Virus record (IMG/VR): IMGVR_UViG_3300044712_002679
Coordinates: 244,406-308,405 of that record
Length of the DNA stretch: 64,000 nucleotides
Direction: 5' to 3' (one strand)
From: a virus
The translations under genes were made by a program, and so were the position numbers. Below are positions 56,374 to 64,000 of the stretch, piece by piece. The notes beneath the pieces were generated by a model. It worked only from the letters and a program-made list of their open reading frames with translations, did not search any database and was not told the DNA's origin. Every line of letters begins with the position of its first letter. Position 1 is the first letter of the stretch.

Positions 56374-57318
56374 ATGAAAAATATGAAATATACAATAAAT
56401 GATCGAACAAATTTTCCTAGAACAATAGGAGTTTATAAAATAAGTTTTACTAATAATACTGGAAAAGTTTATATTGGAAGTACTTTCAATAAATTGGGTT
56501 TTTATGAAAGATGGAGAAAACATTATAAAGAATTGTCTCAAAATAAATCACAGTTACCTGCTTTACAAAACGCAGTTAATAAATATAGTATAGATAATAT
56601 AAGATTTGAAATTTTAGAAGAATGTAAAAAAGAAGATTGTGTTAATAGAGAACAATATTATATAGATAAATATAATTCGTATAATGATGGATATAACGCT
56701 AGACCTTTCGCAGCAAACAATTTAAATAAAAAAACATCAGATGAAACTAAAGCTAAATTAAAAATCACATTTAAAAATAAACGACAATTAAGATTTGAAG
56801 AAGTTAATAATTTATATCAAAATGGTTTAGCCATTAATAACATTATGAAAAAATTAAAAATGAGTAAAAACACTATTAGTACACTTCTAAAAGAAAATAA
56901 TATTAAAGTAGAAAATAATAATCGAGGAATAAAAAAGACAGAAATATATCAATATGATTTAATTGGTAATTTTATTGAAAAATTTAATAGTCTACATTCA
57001 GTTAGCAAAAAAATGAACATTGGAACAAATGCAATTAGATTAGTAATAAATGGCAAATGTAAGCAATCAAATGGGTTTTATTATTCATATAAATATTTAG
57101 AAAAAAATGAAGTTTTAGATATATTAAATGAATTAAATAGTAAAATGAGAATACAAAAATATATTAATATTATACAAAAAGATGAATTTCAAAATATTAT
57201 TAAAATTTGGAAAGACTTGAATGAAATAAAAAATTCAGACAATATTTTTATACCAGGAAGTGTTAGTTATGCAATAAAAAATAATAAAAAATATAAAGAA
57301 TTTTATTGGGAAATATAA
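56374..57318 (+). CDS. freestanding GIY-YIG homing endonuclease with C-terminal NUMOD-like DNA-binding repeats
   Basis: 'GVYKISFTNNTGKVYIGST...ERWRKHYK...N' is the GIY-YIG catalytic core (I-TevI/Seg-like). HTH-like repeats follow. Confidence 0.8.
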   Translation: MKNMKYTINDRTNFPRTIGVYKISFTNNTGKVYIGSTFNKLGFYERWRKHYKELSQNKSQLPALQNAVNKYSIDNIRFEILEECKKEDCVNREQYYIDKYNSYNDGYNARPFAANNLNKKTSDETKAKLKITFKNKRQLRFEEVNNLYQNGLAINNIMKKLKMSKNTISTLLKENNIKVENNNRGIKKTEIYQYDLIGNFIEKFNSLHSVSKKMNIGTNAIRLVINGKCKQSNGFYYSYKYLEKNEVLDILNELNSKMRIQKYINIIQKDEFQNIIKIWKDLNEIKNSDNIFIPGSVSYAIKNNKKYKEFYWEI

Positions 57319-57369
57319 TTTTATCCATTAATTTTTTCATTTATTTATTGAAATTAATATTAATTTCAT

Positions 57370-58101
57370 TCACAATAAAATATTTTTTAGTGGTTGATTA
57401 TCATCAATAACATCTACACACATATCAAAAATTTCAGTTAAATCGAAATTTTCATTTTTATACATTTCGTTAATTTTATTGCTAAAAATTTTGATATTCT
57501 TTTTTTCACCAAATATTATTCTTTTTTTGAACGAATGTTTTACTGATAAAAAATTAATATAATATTTAAATTCTGCGATATTACTAAATTCAAAATTTAT
57601 TACATATTTTTTTAAAAAATAATCAATATCGGTTGGTTGTAATGATGATTTTATTATTTCCAATGATTTTCTTTCAGCATAATATTCATCTATTAAATCA
57701 ACTAATATATTATTTAATATTGAACTTATAGACACTTCTTTTTTGTATTTTAAATCAAATTTATTTGAAAAATCATAAAAAACAACATGAGATAATTCGT
57801 GTAATATTAATTGTTTTATACAAAAATGTTTTATTGTGTCATTATTGACAAATTTATTATTGAAAAAAATATTATATTCATTGTCTTGTTTTATTACTTT
57901 ACCAATAACGTCATTGTCGTTTCGACTTACTTCAAAATTTTCATAACCTGAGAATTTCCTGACTTCAGATTGAAAATTAATGCTATTTAAAAACGAATAT
58001 TTAATGTTTTTCGTCAATAAACTTGATTGAAAACTTTGTGGTGTTTGATATATAATATTAATAATTTCGTTTTTCATTATTTTTTCATGTGTTTTGTACA
58101 A
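57370..58101 (-). CDS. hypothetical protein with an HExxH-like motif (possible zincin metallopeptidase)
   Basis: 'LILHELSHVVF'. Confidence 0.25.
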   Translation of the reverse strand: MYKTHEKIMKNEIINIIYQTPQSFQSSLLTKNIKYSFLNSINFQSEVRKFSGYENFEVSRNDNDVIGKVIKQDNEYNIFFNNKFVNNDTIKHFCIKQLILHELSHVVFYDFSNKFDLKYKKEVSISSILNNILVDLIDEYYAERKSLEIIKSSLQPTDIDYFLKKYVINFEFSNIAEFKYYINFLSVKHSFKKRIIFGEKKNIKIFSNKINEMYKNENFDLTEIFDMCVDVIDDNQPLKNILL

Positions 58102-58346
58102 TTTTTAATCCATCTATTTTTCCTTGCTGCAAACTCAGCACCACTCTCAATTTTTCTCCATTCAATTAATGTTTGATATTTAGATGCACTTTCGATACAC
58201 ATTTGTTCTGTCCATTTTTTTTGTTTAGATTTCATGTGTGAACAACATTCATCAATCCAGTTATTTGTATATGCTATGTTACATAAACTTGGTTCATTTT
58301 TTCTCCAATCGTTTTTGGTTTGATCATCGCAACGTTTTTTTTTCAT
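58077..58346 (-). CDS. hypothetical small basic protein
   Basis: ORF only. Confidence 0.25.
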   Translation of the reverse strand: MKKKRCDDQTKNDWRKNEPSLCNIAYTNNWIDECCSHMKSKQKKWTEQMCIESASKYQTLIEWRKIESGAEFAARKNRWIKNCTKHMKK

Positions 58347-58416
58347 TATTTAAATTAATAAGTTCGTTTTTATAACTAGTTAATCTTTCAATTATATCTT
58401 CTTGTGTTTTCATTTA

Positions 58417-58605
58417 TTATTGATTATTAGTCCAACCAGTAAGTATACCATTAGGATATTTAGAAAAAAATTCAGGTATTAATACTTGTTGTATAAACCT
58501 TACTCTATCTTTACCTCTATATTTATCACTATTTCTATGGGTACGATGTTCTGTTACCCAATAAGTAAAATTAGCTACTTGTTCAACGGTCATTTCTTCT
58601 AACAT
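58417..58605 (-). CDS. hypothetical small protein
   Basis: ORF only. Confidence 0.2.
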   Translation of the reverse strand: MLEEMTVEQVANFTYWVTEHRTHRNSDKYRGKDRVRFIQQVLIPEFFSKYPNGILTGWTNNQ

Positions 58606-58796
58606 TATTTATAATGTTTTTTAAATCTTTCCTTATCTTCTTTTGATAGACCTTCACCCATCCAATCCAATATTCCTAAATCTTTATCAATTTCCCACTG
58701 TCTTTCACCTGATAATTTAAAGTAATTTGATGGTCGTTTAAAACTCTGTTCAAACATTTCTCGTTCATTCATAGTATCGTAATTTCTATATCGCAT
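58605..58796 (-). CDS. hypothetical small protein
   Basis: ORF only. Confidence 0.2.
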   Translation of the reverse strand: MRYRNYDTMNEREMFEQSFKRPSNYFKLSGERQWEIDKDLGILDWMGEGLSKEDKERFKKHYK

Positions 58797-59376
58797 TTTT
58801 TGTTATTTTATATTTGTTACGTAATATTGTTTCTAATGATTCATATTCAGATAAATCTTTTTCCCAGGAAATAATATCTTGTAGCATTTCTTTTGTTGAA
58901 TCATTAGTAGAAACGATTTTTGTTTCTTCATTTTCGTTCCAAATAAAATTTTCTTTAGCTAATCTTTCATCTTTGTCATAACAGGTCTTACAAATTGTAA
59001 AAATCCATGGCCCACTTGTTCGACCAACATTTTCAATAGTTCCACATCGTTCACATACATTTCTAGACATAAATTCAGCCAATGCAATCATACCATCAGT
59101 ATATTTGTCACCCCCATGACAATAAAAGTTTAAATAACCAAATTTTTCTTTTATTTGATCCGCTACGACTTGTGAAATTTGATCTTCAGGTTTTCGATAT
59201 TTATTATTGTTATCAATATAACTTTGAATAGAATTACAAAGTTGATCCAATATCCAAAACCAACCATCCGAATGATCGAAACCAAATGCCATACAAGATA
59301 TTTTTGTTGATGCATTTCTATTTTCGAATATCTTTGGATATTTGTTAACTAAGTATTCATCTAATTCTTTTTTCAT
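58786..59376 (-). CDS. Cys-rich hypothetical protein
   Basis: 'CERCGTIENV...CKTCYDKD'. Confidence 0.3.
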   Translation of the reverse strand: MKKELDEYLVNKYPKIFENRNASTKISCMAFGFDHSDGWFWILDQLCNSIQSYIDNNNKYRKPEDQISQVVADQIKEKFGYLNFYCHGGDKYTDGMIALAEFMSRNVCERCGTIENVGRTSGPWIFTICKTCYDKDERLAKENFIWNENEETKIVSTNDSTKEMLQDIISWEKDLSEYESLETILRNKYKITKNAI

Positions 59377-59576
59377 TTTATTAAATATTTATTTTCTAAG
59401 TTGAATTATTCCCGAACAATAGGAAATTCATCTACTTCATCAAATTCATCTATATCAAAATAACAATCACTCATAGTTAATTCGAATTTTACTTCAACTT
59501 CATTGTAAAACGCAACAATCCATTTATTTTCATACTTTACCCAATAAAAACCTTCGTTTCTTTTCATATTTTTCAA

Positions 59577-59888
59577 TTACTGAATTTTTGTATATGTGGC
59601 TATTCCATTTCGTTTTTTATTTTTTGGTTTTTCAATTGGTTTTAATCCACTATAAGCTCGTTTTAAACACACTTTACAAATACCCAAACTACTTATATTA
59701 TTTCGAAATATGGAATATTCATAGTCTTCTAATTTTCCGTTTTCATCATACCATTTTCTTTGCCATCCCCGTGAACACATTGGAAATCCTGGGTCTGACA
59801 TATTTCCTTGATATAAATGGGTTACCATATTTTGTCCATTATCACCCCGAAATACACCAGTTATATATTCTATTCCATTAATATCCAT
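59577..59888 (-). CDS. small Cys-containing hypothetical protein
   Basis: ORF; 59588-59881 (+) is its shadow. Confidence 0.3.
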   Translation of the reverse strand: MDINGIEYITGVFRGDNGQNMVTHLYQGNMSDPGFPMCSRGWQRKWYDENGKLEDYEYSIFRNNISSLGICKVCLKRAYSGLKPIEKPKNKKRNGIATYTKIQ

Positions 59889-59893
59889 AATTT

Positions 59894-60634
59894 TTAATTA
59901 TTTAGTCCTACCATTAGATCAATTTCATTTGCTTCTAATCCCCATTTGGAAACTACAATAAATCCAATTTGTTTATCTAATGATGTTTTTACTGGAAGTA
60001 AAACAATTGGATCCTTTGGTTTAGGTTCAAGATAACTTTTCAGTGATATTTTCGTATACGAACCTCTATAAACTTCAATCCCAATTTGTGTTAATCCTTT
60101 AACAAAATCCAACTTTGGCGCACAAATATATAATTTTTTATTTCTATTCTCAATGTAATAGGTTTGATTAAATAATGGTTTGTCTTTATTAAAAAATAGT
60201 TTATTATTACACTTATCATAATCAAAGTTTATTATTTCTTCTGAATTTTTTTTAGGTATATCAGCGTTATAAAATTCGACTGATCCTAAAACTAAATTAT
60301 ATTTTTCACATATTGGAATAAGTTGTGAATAATAAATAAATTTATGAAATGGATAAATTCTACTATAATAAGACACATCAGCATTTATGGCATTAGCCTT
60401 ATTTTTTAAAAATGTTTTTTTATGAATTTCTTCTGAATATATAATCTTTTTAGAATCATATTCACGAACTTCACGAACATTATTAAATCCGAGACCTTTA
60501 AGTTTATCTATTTTATCTGAATAAACTTCTTCTGTGGGTTCTTCTGATTGCATCAAGTAATTTTTAGATATTTCTTTTAATCTATCAACCGCACTGTCAA
60601 TACTTGAATGAATTTTTACAATTGTATTAGTCAT
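59894..60634 (-). CDS. hypothetical protein
   Basis: ORF only. Confidence 0.35.
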   Translation of the reverse strand: MTNTIVKIHSSIDSAVDRLKEISKNYLMQSEEPTEEVYSDKIDKLKGLGFNNVREVREYDSKKIIYSEEIHKKTFLKNKANAINADVSYYSRIYPFHKFIYYSQLIPICEKYNLVLGSVEFYNADIPKKNSEEIINFDYDKCNNKLFFNKDKPLFNQTYYIENRNKKLYICAPKLDFVKGLTQIGIEVYRGSYTKISLKSYLEPKPKDPIVLLPVKTSLDKQIGFIVVSKWGLEANEIDLMVGLNN

Positions 60635-60758
60635 AATTTTTTATATTTTATATTTTTATTTAATAAATTCACTATCAATTCCAATTTTTACACTTCCACA
60701 CAATAACCAATCATTAGTTTCACACCATTCGTAAATATTATTTCCTATTCGTATCATA

Positions 60759-61211
60759 TTATATTATTTCTTCATTATATTGTTTAAATTTTTTATAATC
60801 ATTATTTAATTCTGTATAAAATTTTCGTTTAGATTCATAATTATCACAAATCCATCCAGGAATTTTTCCTGCACCAAATATATATGCTTCATCATTACAC
60901 ATTAAATTGAAAACTCCGACACAACAAAATATAATATATAATATACAAAATATAATAATTCCAACATTTCCTAAAAGAAATGTCAATAATCCACAAAAAA
61001 ATAATAAAATAGATACATTTAATGTTGTGTATATTAATTGTAACAGTGTATATAAAATAGAAATTTTTCTAATGCATACACCATATATGACTAGTATACA
61101 AAAATATATAATTGTAAAAATTAAAATAAAACCAATAAAATCATTATTAATATCCAATTTTAATAAATGGTTATTCATAAAAAAATTTGAAATAAAATTT
61201 ACAATTTTCAT
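60759..61211 (-). CDS. multi-pass membrane protein, tandem paralogue of 61208-61681
   Basis: Shared 'NYHLLKLD' N-terminus and an identical C-terminal 'FGAGKIP.WI.DNY...YKKFKQYNEEII'. Confidence 0.45.
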   Translation of the reverse strand: MKIVNFISNFFMNNHLLKLDINNDFIGFILIFTIIYFCILVIYGVCIRKISILYTLLQLIYTTLNVSILLFFCGLLTFLLGNVGIIIFCILYIIFCCVGVFNLMCNDEAYIFGAGKIPGWICDNYESKRKFYTELNNDYKKFKQYNEEII

Positions 61212-61681
61212 ATTATTTCTTCGTTATATTGTTTAAATTTTTTATAACTATCATTCAATTCATTATAATAATTTTGTTTAGCATAGTAGTTATCTGAAAT
61301 CCATTCTGGTATTTTTCCTGCACCAAATATAAATATGTCATCATATATATCATCGACAAGTCTAAAAATTCCAATAAAAAATAAAATAACACACAATATT
61401 ATGAAAAAAATTCCACCAACATTACCCAATAATATTGAACCCACACCAATAATTAATGTAATAATTTCATTTAATATACAATAAATTAAATGTATAACTA
61501 CATATAACGGTGTTATAATATCACTGTCATTTCTTTGAAGTAACCCAACAACAAATAATGCAACCAAATGAATTAATAAAATAACCAATAATATAATAAT
61601 AGCATTATCTAAATCAGTATATGTCATATCTAATTTTAATAAATGATAATTCATTATTAAATTAACTAGAAAATTTATCAT
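61208..61681 (-). CDS. multi-pass membrane protein, tandem paralogue of 60759-61211
   Basis: As for 60759-61211. Its ATG overlaps the upstream stop. Confidence 0.45.
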   Translation of the reverse strand: MINFLVNLIMNYHLLKLDMTYTDLDNAIIILLVILLIHLVALFVVGLLQRNDSDIITPLYVVIHLIYCILNEIITLIIGVGSILLGNVGGIFFIILCVILFFIGIFRLVDDIYDDIFIFGAGKIPEWISDNYYAKQNYYNELNDSYKKFKQYNEEII

Positions 61682-62277
61682 ACTATTCGGTTTTCAAGAT
61701 AAAGTTCATTATGTTTTATTTCTTGCCAAGTAGTTGGGAATTTATAATTACCCAACCAAAAATCATTATATGCTTCTTTCATTTGCAACGCACACAAATC
61801 ATATGGAAATCTACCAACACCAGTACCAAGACCACTAATTGTTACTGATTCAATTAAATTTGGATTTTCTTTATTCACTTTTCTAAGTAATTGAAATATT
61901 GCTTTTGATGCTAAATAAACATTTACTGTATTGTGGATATTGCTACCAGGAACACGCATTGTTGGTGCAGAAATAAGATATGGAACTTCGGAATTATCAG
62001 TTTCTACTAATATTGCTTGACCGACAAGAAGTTCACCATTATAATTTTTTTGTACTTCAATTTCAAGTTTTTTTGAAATTTGCCAACCAAGTCTCATTGA
62101 TATAACATAGTCTAAGGAACCGTCCATTTTGCAAAAACTGTTAGCAGGTGAAACTACACAATCCGTTGGTAATGAAAAGAAATCACCACAATGAACAATT
62201 ACATCTTCACAATCTTTAAATTGTAATTGCCAATAATCACACATTTCTTTGTTTCTGTCAATAAGTTGTATTTTCAT
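61678..62277 (-). CDS. macro-domain (ADP-ribose binding/processing) protein
   Basis: 'CGDFFSLPTDCVVSPANSFCKMDGSLDYVISMRLG' vs macro 'DIT....DAIVNAAN..L..GGGV..AI'. 'ISGLGTGVGRFPY' vs 'IAFPAISTGVYGYP'. Confidence 0.45.
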   Translation of the reverse strand: MKIQLIDRNKEMCDYWQLQFKDCEDVIVHCGDFFSLPTDCVVSPANSFCKMDGSLDYVISMRLGWQISKKLEIEVQKNYNGELLVGQAILVETDNSEVPYLISAPTMRVPGSNIHNTVNVYLASKAIFQLLRKVNKENPNLIESVTISGLGTGVGRFPYDLCALQMKEAYNDFWLGNYKFPTTWQEIKHNELYLENRIV

Positions 62278-62289
62278 ATTTTCATAATT

Positions 62290-62601
62290 TTAATAATCTA
62301 GTGACACTATTATCAAATCAACTTCAGGTGGAATTTCAGAAACTTTAATTCTAATTGCATTCACATATTTATCTCTTGTTGTTTTTAATGGAATTTCTAC
62401 ACCATTTTTAATGTATTCGATTATATGATCGGTTCTTATATTTTCTAAATTTTCACCACCAACTTTACCTTTAAAAAATTCACTTGTTTCTTTTGGATAT
62501 GATAAATTATTTTCGATACAGAAATTAACTGCTTTAAAGTGTCTTTGAAATTCTTTACTTTCTGTGCTTGAATAAGCGTTTACATTTAATGATGCTGACA
62601 T
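62290..62601 (-). CDS. hypothetical protein
   Basis: ORF only. Confidence 0.3.
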   Translation of the reverse strand: MSASLNVNAYSSTESKEFQRHFKAVNFCIENNLSYPKETSEFFKGKVGGENLENIRTDHIIEYIKNGVEIPLKTTRDKYVNAIRIKVSEIPPEVDLIIVSLDY

Positions 62602-62647
62602 ATTTTTAAATTTTTATAAATTACTATATTTTTTTTCATATAAACAA

Positions 62648-62890
62648 TTATTTGTTACCATAATTTTTATAAATTTTAAAATTTATATCAAAATCATAAT
62701 CTGACATCCAACCATTCATATCTAATTGCTTTCTTGTAGCTATAAAATGATAATCTTGTAAATCTGCTTTGGGATATATAAACACTTCATTATCTTTTTT
62801 GAAGATTATGTAAGTATCTTTATCTATTCTATCAAATCCAAGATTAATTAATAGTTCAAATAAATATATTTGTCTTTTTTTATTAGTCAT
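62648..62890 (-). CDS. hypothetical small protein
   Basis: ORF only. Confidence 0.25.
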   Translation of the reverse strand: MTNKKRQIYLFELLINLGFDRIDKDTYIIFKKDNEVFIYPKADLQDYHFIATRKQLDMNGWMSDYDFDINFKIYKNYGNK

Positions 62891-62895
62891 ATTAT

Positions 62896-63210
62896 TTAAT
62901 TAAAAGTAAATGATATAAATTCATTTAAAATACGATCAAATTCGATAATATATAAATCAGTATCACTTTGATTATCTGATTCATTAGCATTATCGTGATC
63001 AAATAAAAAAACAAAGGTTATTGTATTTTCTAATAATTCACAATCTTCTATTAAAATATCAGATTTGTGATAATCTTCGTTTATAAAATATAATATTTTT
63101 CTATATGTATCAGATTCATATCTATATTCTTTTAAATCTTCTGTTTGTTCATCAATAAGGGCATCAAATAAGCCTTTAAAGTCTATGAATTTATTAATTG
63201 ATATATTCAT
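62896..63210 (-). CDS. hypothetical acidic protein
   Basis: ORF only. Confidence 0.25.
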   Translation of the reverse strand: MNISINKFIDFKGLFDALIDEQTEDLKEYRYESDTYRKILYFINEDYHKSDILIEDCELLENTITFVFLFDHDNANESDNQSDTDLYIIEFDRILNEFISFTFN

Positions 63211-63737
63211 TATTTAAAATTTACATTTAGACCCATCTTATTAAATTGAATTAATGCTTCTGCATTTCCTTTTGCATCATTTACTGGATTATGATCATGT
63301 GTAGTTTTTCGGTATAATTTTTTCCATTCAGAATTTAATCCACAATTCATTTTCATACCACAATACAAATCACCAATTCTTCTACCAGAAAAACCAAATG
63401 GATTTTTTCCAATGTAATAATGAAAATACCAATTTATCCATTGCCAATCATATGCAAGATTATCACTAATAAAAGTTGGTTTTCCAATTGAATTTTTTTC
63501 AATCCAAATTGCAAAGTTTTCCATCACTATTTTTGGATCATCGAAAGCTAAATGTTGTTCTCTACTAAATCCACTTATTGCTAATGCATCAGATTTCCAA
63601 TTTTCAGATATTGGTTTAGTTTTACCATAAAACGTTTTTGATAATGTTGGTTCAACTATTATTGCACCAAAACAAACCATTGAATATTTAAAAGGAATTT
63701 CACCATCCGATTCAACATCTACTACTATATAACTCAT
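63210..63737 (-). CDS. DEDDh 3'-5' exonuclease (DnaQ/RNase T-like)
   Basis: Exo I 'VVDVESDG' and Exo III 'HDHNPVNDAKGNAEAL' (H-x4-D). Confidence 0.6.
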   Translation of the reverse strand: MSYIVVDVESDGEIPFKYSMVCFGAIIVEPTLSKTFYGKTKPISENWKSDALAISGFSREQHLAFDDPKIVMENFAIWIEKNSIGKPTFISDNLAYDWQWINWYFHYYIGKNPFGFSGRRIGDLYCGMKMNCGLNSEWKKLYRKTTHDHNPVNDAKGNAEALIQFNKMGLNVNFK

Positions 63738-63748
63738 AATTTTATTTT

Positions 63749-64000
63749 TTAACCAATAACATCATGTGGTGATGATACGTGTGGTAATAATTTTTGCATT
63801 AACTTAAAGAAATCTTTATATTCTTTAATCTGTTCTTTTTGTGCTTCTATTTGTTTTTCTAATTCATTCATATGTAAACTAGCTAAATACCATTCATTAA
63901 TTTTTCCATCTTGTTTTGATGTGATATGTTTTTTTAATTTTTTATACATATCTGCGCATTCTTGGTAGTGCATAGCTTTGCTGTGATCATAATATGCCAT
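63749..64000 (-). CDS. hypothetical coiled-coil protein (N-terminus beyond the window)
   Basis: The ORF runs to the window edge. Confidence 0.3.
   Translation of the reverse strand: MAYYDHSKAMHYQECADMYKKLKKHITSKQDGKINEWYLASLHMNELEKQIEAQKEQIKEYKDFFKLMQKLLPHVSSPHDVIG

Noticed and set aside
1-64000. Bacterial (low-GC endosymbiont) origin of the contig
   Set aside because: A eukaryotic-type major vault protein, Pth2 rather than bacterial Pth, no ribosomal or housekeeping operons, an intein plus homing endonucleases, stop-adjacent palindromes and massive paralogue families all fit a giant virus better. The bacterial-like genes (cspA, gmhA, hldE-like, CDF) look like horizontally acquired cargo.

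Overview
This 64-kb window is extremely AT-rich (roughly 25% GC by eye) and gene-dense on both strands. I read it as a segment of a giant dsDNA virus (NCLDV, Mimiviridae-like) rather than a bacterium. The reasons are: eukaryote/archaeal-type genes (a full-length major vault protein homologue and a Pth2-type peptidyl-tRNA hydrolase); perfect palindromic hairpins placed immediately after stop codons, as in the Mimivirus 'hairpin rule'; an intein carrying a LAGLIDADG endonuclease; a freestanding GIY-YIG endonuclease; an intron-containing tRNA-like gene; and many lineage-specific paralogue families. The content splits into five groups. (1) Two glycan-biosynthesis clusters (about 1-8 kb and 24-34 kb) hold a GT2-radical SAM fusion, a GT11-like fucosyltransferase, SDR epimerase/reductases, GDP-mannose 4,6-dehydratase, a ColD-like PLP 3-dehydratase interrupted by an intein, a GT4 transferase, a HldE-domain-II-like heptose-1-P adenylyltransferase and a GmhA isomerase. 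(2) A DNA-modification and selfish-element zone holds two tandem C5 cytosine methyltransferases, ParB-like nuclease-domain proteins, a Vsr-like endonuclease, a putative R-S-E ADP-ribosyltransferase, an RNA ligase-like protein and a GIY-YIG endonuclease. (3) ADP-ribose-related genes include three Nudix hydrolases, a macro-domain protein and a possible NADAR-like protein. (4) A large family of small tandem paralogues shares an N-terminal MKY[IL]KTFE motif and a C-terminal KKYNISL motif. (5) Other calls include a cold-shock protein, a CDF metal transporter, a secreted CHAP amidase and three unannotated ribbon-helix-helix micro-ORFs. The most striking items are the viral major vault protein homologue, the intein inside a ColD-type (His-for-Lys) dehydratase next to gmd, the terminus-conserved paralogue array, and the candidate ADP-ribosyltransferase. 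All functional calls come from motif recognition by eye; no searches were run.
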